A stretch of DNA of 64,000 bases, taken from positions 792,976-856,975 of the forward strand of contig NW_014577083.1 of the NCBI RefSeq assembly GCF_000485595.1, written 5' to 3'. The first letter of the stretch is position 1. Every line of letters starts with the position of its first letter. Under the pieces are notes generated by a model, which saw nothing but the letters and a program-made list of their open reading frames with translations, did no database searches and was not told where the DNA came from. Shown piece after piece: positions 25,201 through 39,039 of this stretch. Source of the stretch: Priapulus caudatus. Lineage: Eukaryota. The position numbers and the translations under genes were made by a program.

Positions 25201-27254
25201 GAGAAGGGAAGAGCGTCGCAGACGAGAGATAGAGCGACGCAGACAGCGTGAGGAAGAACGCAGACGTAAGCGCATAGAGAAGGAGCGTGAACGTCAGCGG
25301 GAGAAAGAAAAGGAGAAGAGGAAAGAACGTGTTAAGGAGAAGGCAGCAGATGAAGAGCAAACTAAAGACAGAGAGCAGCAAGTACAAGTAAAGGTGTGAA
25401 AAGTCATGGGATTTCTTGCTTTTCACTGATTCAACTAAGATAGATTATTTTCTATATACTATTTAGTGGGGTGTCATATTTGATTAAAATTCTTTCAGGT
25501 TCATAGAAACTGCTAGGTTAGATATTTATTCACAATGCACATGGCAATTAGCAAGAGTAATTGAAAATGTTCTTGCACAATTTCTTTCTAAGCAGTGTCA
25601 TCTTCAGTGAGTTATAAAGTATACATGTATATTTATTTTGATATGCATTTATGCAATGAGCTGTGCGTAGTTATTCTCTTATACGGGAAGTCACGCATAC
25701 TGTAATCTTATGATGCACTTTAGTTTCTGAATATACTTCCGAATATACTTCTGAATATGACTTTCTGAATATACTATTATAGCTGCTACGGAATACTACA
25801 CGAGGAGATTATCCGGAGAGGGACACTGCCAAGGATAGAGGAAGTGACAAGAAGGTGCGACCAAGACCCAGTGATGATGACAGACGGGCGAGGAAAGACA
25901 GCAATGCTAGTAGGGATGGTCGAAGCGACAGCGAGTCTAAAATTGGCAAGGTATGACGATGTGCAGGCAATGATCGTGGTTTCTGTACTACTTGGTCCTG
26001 AACGTGAATTAAGTGAATCGAATAACCATGCTATGAGAGCAAAAAATAACATCACCACAGCGGCAACCTCTAATCGTATTGAAGTATAGTGTCCCATCGT
26101 GACTCACTATTAACATCAGTACATATCTTCATTAAAATTTTCGACACTGATTTCGATAATGTCGATGGTAAAATATCCCTTTTCAATAATGTAAAATTGT
26201 GACACTCACTACGCAGTTATTGCGTTATCTCCCATTAGGACCGATATTCCGAGAGAAAGGAAACTTCTTCTAGGATGAGAGATCGCAATGAGGATCGTAG
26301 TAAATACAAGCGTGAGGATAGATTCAGTGAGAGAATGCGAGACAGGGATAACCCCAGGGACAGAAACCAGGATCGGGATAGAGACAGGGACAGAGACAGG
26401 GACAGCTACAGCTACAGAAACAAAGACAAGGATAGGACCAGAATGACAGGGCGCGATGACTCCACCAAGGACCGAGAGAAATACAAAGATAGGACAAAAG
26501 ACAGAAATCTAGCCAAAGATAAGCCAAGAGAGAGCGAAAAAGCTAGAAGCGAAAGTGAAAATACTAGAGACCGTGACAGAGATGGAAGGGACCCGGATGA
26601 GAAAAGAAGCACTGCAGCAAAGGTTGGAAGCTCTAGAATGCATTCCCCTCCCAGCAAACATTACTCGGAAGATTCTGTCATTGATGCCAATACAAAAGGC
26701 GAGAAAGCAAGAAGTAAGACAGGAGACAATCGTACGAGTGATTCGTCAGTGGGTAGCAAACAGACAGCGGATGACACGAAGGTCAGTGATCGGCGACTGA
26801 AATCTGCAGCGAAGACAACGGATGCAGCTGATACAACACAAAGGGATGGTGGCTCGGGCGAAACACAATCCACGGATAGACCTAAGAGGGCGGCGGAAGT
26901 CAGCGAACGCGACAAACGAAGAATCAGAAACAAGGTAAGCCGCAGTTCTCGTTACGAGTGATTTCAAGCGCAAAGTCTGATTTGCTGAAGAATGTATTTG
27001 GTATAACAACGACTTTCACGTACTAGTGCCCACCTGTCCTCGTCCTTTATGTGAGCATAATGTGGCTAAAAACGCATGACAATTAATTGGGATTGCTTTT
27101 GACCAGTAATTTTCTCTGCTGTGTACAGGACAGGCCTGATATGCCACGCTACACCCCGGGACAAAGGTCAAGGGTAGCGGGCACGGCGGAGGCAAGTGCC
27201 AACAGCAGTCGCAGTAGCAGCAGAAGCAACGAGGAGGAGCCAGCCACAAAGTAG
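19167..27254 (+). CDS. UPF3: Regulator of nonsense transcripts 3 (UPF3), 10 exons, ~595 aa
   Basis: Join 19167-19274, 21571-21677, 23070-23176, 23475-23573, 23810-23917, 24455-24516, 25187-25393, 25783-25950, 26239-26934 and 27129-27254 stays in frame. It gives the RRM-like KVVIRRLPP...SRGYINF...FKEKFDNYIFVDSKGNEYPAVVEFA.FQK, GTIEDD.DYKKFL, TTPLIEYIK, a charged coiled coil, and the EJC-binding RIRNKDRPDMPRYTPGQR. Confidence 0.95.
20985..21491. mobile_element. Kolobok-like palindromic MITE (TTAA flanks)
   Basis: TTAA|AGCCGCAATATGCGCATCCAAAC ... GTTTGGATGCGCATATTGCGGCT|TTAA; ~125-bp arms; 40-bp tandem duplication in the right arm. Confidence 0.8.
21571..21677 (+). CDS. UPF3: UPF3 exon 2
   Basis: TTTTAG| VVIRRLPPTMTGEEFLEQISPLPENDYIYFVKGDL |GTGGGT; 107 nt. 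Confidence 0.95.
21887..22480. mobile_element. Palindromic MITE with ~250-bp TIRs and perfect 8-bp TSD (P-like)
   Basis: ATATCTAT|CAAGAGTACATAATAGGAGAAGAG ... CTCTTCTCCTATTATGTACTCTTG|ATATCTAT. Confidence 0.88.
23070..23176 (+). CDS. UPF3: UPF3 exon 3
   Basis: TTTCAG| LCHYAFSRGYINFVHADDVIVFKEKFDNYIFVDSK |GTACGT; 107 nt. Confidence 0.95.
23475..23573 (+). CDS. UPF3: UPF3 exon 4
   Basis: TTTCAG| NEYPAVVEFALFQKIPKNKVKKKDTKIGTIED |GTAGGG; 99 nt. Confidence 0.95.
23810..23917 (+). CDS. UPF3: UPF3 exon 5
   Basis: TTATAG| ADYKKFLDELLNPPEVTVRTVEQYLEEMEKRDKSR |GTAAAC. Confidence 0.92.
24455..24516 (+). CDS. UPF3: UPF3 exon 6
   Basis: TTGTAG| GCRVTTPLIEYIKQKKLEKQ |GTACAC. Confidence 0.9.
25187..25393 (+). 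CDS. UPF3: UPF3 exon 7
   Basis: TTTTAG| KVREERREERRRREIERRRQREEERR...QVQVK |GTGTGA. Confidence 0.9.
25783..25950 (+). CDS. UPF3: UPF3 exon 8
   Basis: TTATAG| LLRNTTRGDYPERD...SESKIGK |GTATGA; phase 0/0. Confidence 0.8.
26239..26934 (+). CDS. UPF3: UPF3 exon 9 (RD-rich low complexity)
   Basis: CATTAG| DRYSERKETSSRMRDR...DKRRIRNK |GTAAGC; 696 nt open. Confidence 0.9.
27129..27254 (+). CDS. UPF3: UPF3 exon 10 (EJC-binding motif, stop)
   Basis: GTACAG| DRPDMPRYTPGQRSRV...EPATK TAG. The exact stop is uncertain: the second copy reads ...ATK SS TGA. Confidence 0.85.
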   Translation, partial: DRPDMPRYTPGQRSRVAGTAEASANSSRSSSRSNEEEPATK

Positions 27255-27639
27255 CTGAACAAGACTTGCCAAAATGTTCCAACGCAGTTTGAGGAAGGGA
27301 TTAGAATGTGTAGAATGCGACTATGTATTCTATGTTACTCTTCTCGCAATGAAATAACAGTTTACTGATCAGATAAGTCATGGTGCTATTTATTTCATGC
27401 TATTCCCTCGTCAATCTTGGATTACAGATGGCTTGTGTAATCAAATATTAATATTCTTTGGAGTATACCTCGTTCTTTGTACAATTCAGGCAGGAAGCAG
27501 GTTTACTTCTTGTGTTAAAGCTATATAGGCACATACAGGTGGAACTTTATCATTGTATGGTTTTTTATATTCGTGCAGGCGTTAATATATTAAAATATTA
27601 TTCTCAAATACAGTAATCATAATATCTTGTTAGGATTCA

Positions 27640-30600
27640 CAGTTTCTGTATCTGTATCTTCAAAGTTCAAGTATCTTTACAGATGTATATGTTTACAAGA
27701 TGTATTCTGTTACATATAGTATTGTTACAATGATCTGTAACGATGTATCTGTTCAAGATGATCTATAACAAATGTATCTGTTTCAATGTATAGTACAATG
27801 TATACTGTTCGATGTATCCTGTTAAGATGATCTGTATCAGTACCGCCGTATCCTTTACAAGTTTTATTATCTGTTATGTGTTTAAACTGCTGTATCTGTA
27901 ATCGGATTACCTTTCGTAATAACCTGTCAACTTTATACAGATGTTCATAACCGCTTTAGTACCGGTTTATCTGTGTATGTCTGTAAGTCGTCATAGTCAG
28001 TATTGTTACACAGTCTCCCACTCATTTACACACACGTACTACTACTGTATGTATAGTGTGGACGAGTTTATAAGGGTATCGTTACAGGTGCTATAAACCA
28101 GTATTTCGTTGTACAACTGTTATCTATATGACACGTCATTTAATCTGTTACATGTGTATACTTGTATCGTTACGCGATATAATTATTATATTTACATGTG
28201 TATCTTTGTCGATTTAGCTATTGTAATTACTGGTGATAACAAGTGCTTGAGTAGAGAGCTTATGTTCTGTGCGCCGTTAGTTTGGTCCCCTACGAATCTG
28301 AGTTTGCAAAACTGCGGCGTCGCATGTATCGCTGTCGCATCCATCGCGTTGCGGTTTGCATTCTATCTTCTCTTGGGCAAATTCATCAATATATTTGGAT
28401 AAAACTAGTCTTTACGACTTTAACCCGGTATATTATATCTGAAGTTTGTTAGTTACCTTCCTTCGCAACGGATTGCAAGGTGCGCGGGGTCAGTTGAGTA
28501 CACGCTCTGTTTCCGATTTTGCGTGTTTGAAATTGTTAGTGTTTCGTTTGGTAGCCCCAGTCCTGCTACTTATAGCTTGGCAGTATTTTACCGCGCGCGC
28601 CCTGTCGGTGTTGGTTAGCCACTAGCAGCGTAGCCAGCTTTGATTCCACGTTACAGTTTACACGCATTTGTGCCGCGATTTTCATTTTCAGACCAGCGCG
28701 CCTGTTTAGTCCTGTGTGGATGCCGTTCAAGCCTGAATTTATATGACGTTGAGCGTGGGCTTCCCGATAGAGTGGTAATTGCATAGCAGTTAGATTGGCC
28801 GTTTATAACCTGCTGTTCGTGACGTACCGTCAGAGCAGCAGCGCTAGCAGCTGTGATACAATCATACATGTTACACGCTCGCAAGCGAATACACTCTTTG
28901 AGTTTCACTTTAGTCTATTATTACTACTTTAGTACTGTAAGTCTGTCTGTCCTACTGGCACAGCGTACAGTTTATGACACTTCCGCACACAGCGCATGGC
29001 GCACACACACTCGCTTTCTTCCCTCTCTCTCTCGCCTTCTCACCCCTCTCCCTCTCGGTCTATCTCTCTCTCTCTTCTCCGCCTCTCTCTCTTCTCGTTT
29101 CTCTTCTCGTCTCTCGTCTCTTCATTTCTCTCGTTATATTATTATTAGTATATATATATATTATATTATAATATATCGCTGCGTGCCAGTGCTGCGTCGA
29201 TGAAGAGAATCGAGCCCGGTGGATCAGCCACAGCTGGCGTTTGCGTGCGTTCGGTCGCTGCTGCTAGCCGTTCGTGCGCGTGTTTATTACATGTATATCT
29301 GAATGATGGACATAAACACGTTGCATTCAATAGTTTGCATGAACTTAAGATACCCCACCTTTTGCCGCGGTATTGCGCAGGTGAAGGATTTTAAACGTTT
29401 ATTGTGCGAATGAATAAAATAATTTATCACTTTGTTTATTTATACGAGGTATGGTATATATCTCGATGCTCAAGCAAAAATTTCTATGAAATTCCCAGCA
29501 ACCTAATGTTACACCAATTTTTGAATTTTTTATGTAAAATCTATTTTGTATTTCTCAACTACAGTAAAGAGTGAACACAATTTTTTTTGTCATATGTTTT
29601 TTAATCAGCTAGTCGACCAAATAGTGGTCAGGGTTTTTTTTAATTCTCTATTTACGATGAAATGGAAAAAGCTTGCTTAAATTAATTCGTGTGTAGATTT
29701 AATAATTCTAGGCGATAAAGGAGCATAACTATAAATTACTTGCAGCTCAAATAACATCCCTGACGCGACCTTCTATTACCAGATGTTAACTCCATTAACA
29801 TTAAAATTAATTCAATCGAATTTGTAAGTCGCCAGAGAAATATCTTGTATATACATCGGCTACATATTCAGAACTCGAAACAGAGAAACTCAGAGTTTCT
29901 ATGTTACAATGAGTGACCGCCTGGTTGCAAGGCGTAAACGTAGTGTGACTAGTATCTATTGTTAGATTTACTGGCACATATCATTGAGTAACTTGATCAG
30001 CACAATTGGTAAACTTTCCATGACTGATGAAACCTCTGAAGAAGATTACTGACCGCGAGGTTACCATCGCTTGAGAAAGATCCGCTTCACGCATCGCGAA
30101 CTCCGCTCTCATCATGACCGTACAAGAGTAATATGTCAACAATTCCCACTACAAGTAAGTGTGTTGCGGGGCTCGTGGATACTTGATTGTTCAGGGTTAT
30201 GCAGGGAGTGTGACATATGACATTGAATAATGTAATCAGGAGGGACTAAATCACATACTATCAGGATATATATCTATATTATCTTACCCTGATGTAAAGC
30301 CGTACTATGACTGCGGCAGGCTATAGACATTTGTCGGCTGGACAATACACTGCAACCTTCCCACCTGGTCCCACCGAAAAGGATCAAAACGCCAAAATTG
30401 TTGGTATGTCTTACATCTATCTTATCGACGTGGACATCTACCATCTTGTCTTGAAACACATTCCCCTTAGCACATATACTGTTACACATGCTATTCATCT
30501 TTTATCCACAAAGTAAGAAACTACTGGGTTAATTCCGGTTTGCACAATCGTGATCGTTCACGCGTTCGCACGCGTCAGAATTTCAAACGGGATTTCCAGT

Positions 30601-33600
30601 AGTGCTTACTTTGTGGATTAAAAGGCATAAATACATGGTGTAAAGTTAGGTCGTTATTATAGTGTCTCTCTCAAAAAGATAGTGACGATGTCCCTTAGAT
30701 AGATAGTGTAAAAAACCCAAAGTATAATTTGCGTTTTTCAGCGAATCATTTTTCTGTCGGGACAAGGTAGGGGACAGTTGCAGTATTGTATTCCCAGCGA
30801 CAAGTGTTCATAGCCCTGCAGGCGCCAATGATTCGCGGCTATCGTACTAGAGCGATAGGTTGACGTGAATGCTACTCGCTTAGTTAATATCGTACGTTGT
30901 ATTATGTCTCTGACTTCATAATGACGTCAGAGTCTTACTTCACACGCAGGACGCGGGCAAGCAAAACGCTCTGAACAATTCAATATACGTTATATGGAAA
31001 TAAGATGGACACGGCTGGCAATAGTTGTTAGGCATCAATAAAGTTGAAATGAATAATTCGAGTAAATTTTTCTAAACCTTGAGAGTTATCAAGTAGAATG
31101 GTTGGAGTATGGGCGAGGGATCAGGAAGAGTTATTACTTATATGCAGTAAATCGAGGCACTCTGATGCCCCGTTACCCACTTTATTGAGATGGTTAATAT
31201 GTATATACCCCTCACACCGGGCAGGTCGCGGCTGATTGTTGCGTATTCCTTAACTTTGCCTTGCTTTACGCGACCGCGTAAAAATGGGCCCTTTGAGCGC
31301 ACGCCAATCGAGTTCGCCATAAGGTTCATGTGAGCAGGTTAAGGCGTGTGGTTTGGAAAGCCAGACATTTCCGTTGGATCTACTCATATACTGGTTGCGC
31401 ATCTAATATGATTAGTACTCTGTGGCGCCCCATGTCGTCAAGGACGCCGAGTCACGGCTCGTTGGTTATTGAGCATGTTCTAACAAACGCAGTTCGGGGC
31501 GATCTACTGTCTTGAATCGGTCGCAGTTTATATCGAAAGCAATTCTTTTCGGGTGGCGTCGCCGTTAATGGTCCGTGATACCAGTTCGTCTAACATGCTC
31601 ACATAACACGTTAAGTACCACGCCGACTTACACGCGTGAGCAATAAGTCACGCTGCCAAAATGGGTAACATTCTTCAACGGCGAATTCCATGGTATCATG
31701 TCCTCATCACGATTCTGCCCTGGATGCTCTTTCAGTGACCGATCGTGTCTCGGGCACCGCGCCCCTCGGCCCGCCTCTAGGGTAGCTTGTTGCTCTCGCA
31801 TCGTGTATTTACTTCAGCAAACGCACAACAACTTACAGTTTAAATTTCCGAAAATCTGACCAAGGCTATATTAGTTCGCCGTGCAGAGACACGTTGGCTA
31901 GATAACGCCGATAATGTCGCCGTGCGTCGCCATAACGTAGAAGACGCGTTGGGTAAGAACCCCTGTTATGCGCTTCTCGTTGGTGAGAGTACGCTCTGGA
32001 GACCCTCTGCCTCTAATGTAGATATTCGCCGTGCCACAGCCCATAGATCTCCATACGATCGCTCCAGTTAGCGCGGAGCATGGTCCGTGCGGGTTGCGCC
32101 CGTGAAAAGCGCAGTTGGTATGTTCGTAACAGTCCCTGTTGAGAGCGACGGTTTTTTTTCAAGAGTGTGTTAATTTGTTGCGGATTTTCTCGCCGTGTGT
32201 TCACGTTTGCCGGGCGACGCTTGTTACATTTCAGCGTCGCGTATGGTCAGCGATGGTCCGCGTGCGGATGTTTGTGGACGGGGTATTAGATGCATCGATC
32301 GTGCTCTCATCTCAAATAACGAGTAGCATCAAGTAGTGTACGTACTTGTACATCCATAGAGGTCTGCGATATTGTCGAGTTTCGGAGTAAGAATGTTGAA
32401 TTTCTCTCATTTGAGAAGTTTACTCGTTAGTGAAGATTTCTGTGTGTTTCCTAATGGCGTTACAAGATACTAACAGTTAATATGATGACATCATATAGAA
32501 TATCAAACTATATACTTATTCTCGTATATCAAGAGGCATCAATATATAGTGTTAGTTATGCCTCTTACAGTCTAGTCTTATGACGGAGCGCACTGTTAGA
32601 ATATACCGTGGTTAAAGTGCGGATAAGAACTAAACCCTAGTCTTGTTGTTGCCTCGTTTTGCCGCGAGTAAATGCATAACTGATATAATCTAACTATGTT
32701 AGCTATAACACGACGCGAATGAGAATGTCTGTGCCCCTGCTATGTACTAACACGCTGACATAACCAATGGCCATTTTTTTTTAAACACTTCCAAGAATAT
32801 TTACGACCTTCAGTTAAAATGGATATCGGATTCTGCTAGGCAAATGTATAGCACCGTTTTGTTTGCTTTCGAAAACCTATTTGCAAATATCTCGCTACAA
32901 TTTTGCTCCATTACAACACATCCAGCACAGCGTTTCGCTCGTGATTGCTATTCAGCTGAACTATATTTAGTCGCGATCGAGCGTCGTAGAGAGGATGCAG
33001 CAGCTTTGAGCCGCTCAGTGCGTCCAATTTTATACACACGTATATGACAACCTTCTCTCGCCACGTCCTTTGCCGCGTCTCGCGCGTGATCCAGTAGCAC
33101 TCTGAGCAGGCTACATCGGACCGGCTGTACTAGAGTCTAAAACGAGCGACGCTTGATGGAGTACCCTCTCGCTCTTCGATCTCAACAATGATAAGCTCTC
33201 TAGTGCGATGCTGCGACGAGCCCTGAAGTCCGCCCTAGATAGTCCGTATATGTTGTGCCACAGATGCCTATTCAAACCTAGCAGCTAGTCGCTGCTTCAC
33301 TCGCTCCGCACGTTTCCTTACGGTCAACTACACGTCGTTCATCGTGTGAAATAAGAATACATTCTAAGTCGCGATGCGTTGATGAATCAGGTTGTTTATA
33401 GTATAGTTATTCTCGCGTGCCCGATAGTCTAAGGACGACCAGATAGAGCGTACGGCCACGTTGTTGCTATAACGTCTGAGACCCAACGCATCTACGCGTA
33501 TTTACTCCAGTCTCTCTCTATGTTCGCACATCCGTGGTGCAACATAACATGATGCGTAGTCTGCTGCTGTTGCTTGTGTTGCTGTCCAGTGTGGTCATCT

Positions 33601-34243
33601 TTGTGTGCTGCCGCCCGCGTTGACCGCCACTGTGGAGGAACCGATGTTCGTTATGGACATACCGGCCGACGTTAAATCACAAGCCGTGAATCTGTCGCAC
33701 ATGCCTTCCACGCGGTTGAGAAACCATGTATGATGCGACGATGATGCGGTGTATATAAATTAATTGTTCATTTTATGCACTGACAATAATATTATTTATC
33801 ATTAATAATAATCACTAATTATTTAGTATGTTATTATTATTATTTCAAATGCGACCCGGCATTAGCCGGCGTGGTTCCTGGGTTCCGGTCTAATCTGGGA
33901 GACATACAAGATTCAATCCAGAATCTAGCCAGTTTTATTATAGGTTTTAATAATTATTATTATTATTTATTGATTATTGGTCGTAGCATTGCCTTTGCAG
34001 CTAGCCCGTTAGTTACAGTTGGATACACTGAATTCGAGAAACGAAGCTGAAGAGATTCGATAAGATTACGTGCACGTCATCACAGCTGGCTTGTGTAGTA
34101 TGCTGTAGCATCTCAAGTGAAATCAATATTCTTAAGTATGGCCCGTTTTATTTTCGTTCTACAATAATATCACCGCTGTCAGGTTCCTTCATTGTTATAA
34201 TCTGTTCTACCGCTCTATCCACCATCCCCCTTCTCTCCCGCTC

Positions 34244-34279
<36 letters not shown>

Positions 34280-34410
34280 CTTCTCCCTCTTTCTCTCTTC
34301 CTCTCTCTCTCTCTACTCTTTCAAACTCCACGTCCGTCCTATCTGCTCTCTCTCATCTCTCTCTCTCCGTCTCTCTACTCTGCTCTTCTCTCTCTCTCTC
34401 TCTCACTCTG

Positions 34411-34446
<36 letters not shown>

Positions 34447-34596
34447 ACTCTCCTCACTCTCTTCGTCTCTCTCTCTCTCTCTCGCTCTCCCTGTCTGTCT
34501 GTCTGTTCTTTCTCATTCTTTCGCCTTTCTCTTTTTTTTCTCTCTCTTCTCTCTCTCTCCTCTTGTTCTGTCTTTTTCTCTTCTTTCGCTCTCTCT

Positions 34597-34638
<42 letters not shown>

Positions 34639-36169
34639 CCTGTCTCTCCGTCTCTCTCTCGCTCTCTCTGTCTGTCTGTCTTGTCTGTCTTTCTCCTTCT
34701 TTCGATCTTTCTCTTTTTTTCTCTATCTCTCTCTGTCTGTCTTTCTCCTTCTTTCGCTCTCTCTCTCTCTCTCCCTCTCTCTCTCGCTCTCTTTCTCTCT
34801 CTCTCTCTCTGTCTGTCTTCTCATTCTCTCTCTCGTTTTCTTCTGTCTGTTCTGTCAGCTCCTGTCTTCTGATCTGTCATCGCTTTCCTGCCATGTCTTC
34901 TCTCCTTCTCGCTTCTCCTCTATCATTTTCGCACTGTGCTCGCCTTACTCTCCTGTGTTCTCGCGGCCCTCGCTCCTCTCTCTCTCTCTCTCTCTTTCTC
35001 CTCATCCTATTTCTCTATCCTGCGCTCTTCCTCTCTATTTCTCTCCCTATCTTACGTCCTTTCCTCGCTGCTTAATACTATATTGTATATATATTTCCTA
35101 CTCATAACCCTAACTACCCAATCGACAATGCGGCACTTTCAATGTTTTTATAGTTCCAGCTACTCATCTGCAGGCAGATATTCATTGACAAGCTTAGGCG
35201 CGGATGACACATCTACGGTGAGATACAGACAGCATTTATCTTCATCTGCAATATACCGCACTAAGATTATTTAGCATGTCCTAGCAAGCACCGAATGAGG
35301 TCAATCGGCGCGCGCCCGCTACACCTCAACAACACACACCACGCAACGCAACGACACGCACACGTCCGCCATTTCGATGTAAGATTCTTGGAAAAACGGC
35401 AAGCCATCATTACTATTCGTACGCCGAAATCTTTTTATAACATAATCGCGAGGATGATTCCGTAGAGGTACCATGGCAAATACATTACGCAGTGTCGCGT
35501 AATCACGCGTTATTCACATCATTAGGTATGGTCGTGACAATCACAGGTTGATAGCGCACTGGAAGTAATGACGTCATGATTGCCTCTGACTTAATAGCAA
35601 GTTCTTTCTAAAAGTATTTCGAATGCACGTGTGATACGCCGTTAGTTTTAATGCTATGCTGTACACCTTCCGCAAGTTTTAGATGACACACTAACGGGAA
35701 GTAATCTGGTGCGCCAGAATACGACCGTGCTCCGGGCTGATGTGTCACGAATTTCCCGGATCCTGCGTGTACAATGCTTCCGAAACACAGACGCGTTGAT
35801 TTCACGGTGCGGGCTTTCCGGCGCGTGCCCAAACAATTGCATGTTTATGCTAATAGTACGTGCATATGTAAATTACAAAGCACTTGCCTACTAGGAGTGC
35901 TTACCTGGATGAGTAACACCGGAAATTAGAAACGAAATGCTAGCTAACGAAAATCTACTGTGCGTTGTTGTAGCGGGGAGTGTGCTTTGTGCTCGTGCTG
36001 TAATCCTATGCTGCGTGACGTAAAAGAGCAACAAAGAGAGCGGAAAGAGCGATAGATTGAACGATGCAGCGAGCGAGTGAGCGAGGCGCGCAGAAAGCGA
36101 GAGAGTGTAGTAAGGATGAGAGAGCGAGCGAGAAGTGAAGAGTGAGAGAAAGAGAGAGAGAGAGAGAGA

Positions 36170-36213
<44 letters not shown>

Positions 36214-39039
36214 GAGAGAAGAGAAGAGAAGAGAGAGAGCAGAGAGAGTAGAGCACGAGCAAAGTAGAGAGAGAGAGAGAGTAGAGAGACGGAGAGAGAT
36301 GGCAACTCAAGACTTGAATATTACGAGATGTACTATTATTATTATTTTCTGTTATATTATTATTTATTTTATCACTACATTTAGTTCATGATTAATCCGC
36401 AAGATATTATGCGCGGAAATCGGGAGAAGACATATTATATATGTCCGAGTCACGCTTGTGATCTTATTATCAAGACTCGCCAGCTGTCTGCATGCAGTCA
36501 GTACGTCAGTGGACAGCGTATTACGCGGTACCCCCCCGCCCCGCCTTAGTAATCCCGCCAGCGAGGGAGCGAGTATTGCGGACAGTCACGGTTAGCATCC
36601 ATCACCATGACTATCGCTGACTCAGATAGTATTTTGTTACGGGCGGTTTTCACACACACCATTCACACGTACGTTACATTCAAGTCCTTGTGTGTGTCCG
36701 CAGATAGAATGCAGTGAGGCGCTATACATCGGGGACGACATTCGTGCGTCTGCATATTTGAAATTGTATAATAGCGCTGTATAAGAGAATTACATTATGT
36801 CACTGTGTCTGTGGGTTGGTGTGTGCGATTGGTGCGTGCGTGCGTGCGTTGCGTGGTGCGTGTGTGTGTTGTGTGTGTGTGTGTGTGTGTGTGTGAGTGG
36901 TTGCGACGATCGTGTCGTAGCGTGTGTCTTTTATGCTGTGTGGTGTGTGGTGCGCGCGCTGTGCGTGTGTGGCGTTCAATGGCATGCGTGTCGCCTCGTG
37001 ATTGCGTGCGGTTATCCAGCGTGCCTGTCATGCTCGTGCGTGTGCTGCAGATGGATGCATTGTGTATCGTTTGCTGGTGATGCGGCGTCGGTGCGTGTGT
37101 GCACGTGCGTGCGCGTGTGTGCACGTTTGTGCAGCCCAACGAGAATTTGCAGATTTAATGTGGGAGCTAGTAGGTAACGTAGTATTGGTGACGCAGCGTG
37201 CCTCCTTAAATCCTACGTTATGAATTTCAATGCATGACGTAAACTTCTCTCCAGCTTCGGGTCAGTTCAGTTGTACGTCGTATAAGAAGACATGCGTGGT
37301 TAGATGACACCGCGTTGTGTGGGAGACAACGTTCATGCAGTTCCACATATCTTTGAACTACCAATGAGAATTGACACATGTTGTTAGTACCATGATATTT
37401 TACTACAGAGTTGGTTTTCTGTAAACTCAAACGAGGAAATGGTACCTCCTGCCTATGCGCATAATATCGTGCTATCTCTGTGACTATTTCGAGTATATAG
37501 TGTCTTACTTCCCTAGTACTATATTGCGTGTACAATATCTCGCTACATCTAACTAGCGTATATAAGTATTGCATGAATAATAGCTATGTATAATTGCAGT
37601 ATTGTGTGCATAATGCTTGGCTACCTCTAATCCTATTGGGTGTACAATATCTAGTTACATATAACTATAGCAGCATTGCGTGTATACTACCTCGCTACCT
37701 CTAGCTAGAGCTATTGCGCGTTAAATACCTTGCTACCGCGAGTAGTATTGCATGGATGTATAAATCGACCGCTACCTAGAGCACGGTTGCGTGCATAACA
37801 AACATTTCGCTACCTTGAGCGAGGTATTGCACGTATATATGGGTCACGTTTAACGCTCCACGTGCTATAATGCCGAATGTCGGCACGTGTTCTTCCGCAT
37901 GTCATGTGTCACTCGGCAAACATGGCTGCAAACTAGGTATTGATTAAATGTATCGATTATGTACCTTTTCCCATGATACCGTGCGAGGATCGATGTGTTG
38001 CGAAGGTAAATACAAGTAAACAAAGCCAAAACAACGTTCACGCGCTTGTGCGCCTGCGTTAATTGTATTTAACGTGTGTTGCCATGGCAAGGGACACATC
38101 AATTGTGCGTATAGGCGTGTGAAGCTTCAATCCAGAATATAATGAGAGCCTTGGATAGTTAGTTGTACGAGTCATGACCGTTGTTCATAGTTATTTTGAA
38201 CACAAGTAGCGTAATATATACGAATGTGCCATCTGAATCCCTGACAACACGCTACCAAATTAAAATGCATATTCCAATCTCCCATTTTAATCATCGTAAT
38301 ACGCACAGGTTTTCTCGATTTACATTTAAAGTAAAAACGTTCACGTACATTACGTAGTACTTAGCACTTAGTACAGTATACTTACGCGAGTGTAGGCCTA
38401 CCGTGAAAAATTTCTATCCCGGTGTTAGATTTTAAACGCCCAGTTTTTTCCCGAAATCCTTTAGACCATAATATAAAGGAATCCGTTTTCGCATGCCCAG
38501 TATGTGCCAAAGAAATACTATTGTGTTGAAATTATACGATGTCATAAATTATTATTATACGTAATTTACTATTCAATAAGTAGAGAGTACTTGTTTGTCG
38601 TGAAATCGTCTATAACGCGACCATAGCCCCCGGAGACAGAAGTATCAGTCCCCTAGGTGAAGAATGAAGAATTTACATAAGATTGACATTAAATAGATTT
38701 AAACTGTAACGTATAATAACTAAATATGTAACACGTAACGCCTGTTTGTTTGTTTGTGAAAAACAGTTACATGGATGCATAGTTTGTTAAACAAATAGTA
38801 CGTGAACAGTTCCTCAGTTCGTGATCGATTACACCATTGATTGTTACATTGATTGTTATATTTGGCGGTCATCCGGCAGACTGATCGCATCTATTGCGGA
38901 ATATTTACATTACATATTACATCCGGGACAAGGAAAATCAGTACATTTGATCCCACTGTGCCATAGCAAGAGGAAGACGCCAATGGATGCAAGATGGCAA
39001 TGACTGTACTCCCCCCACCACCACCCACCCCACCCCACC

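Noticed and set aside
34220..37140. ORFs rich in SL/ER/CV/HT dipeptides (also at 41831-43937, 45736-46256, 56671-59900, 61587-62054)
   Set aside because: Translations of (CT)n, (GA)n, (GT)n and (CA)n microsatellites.
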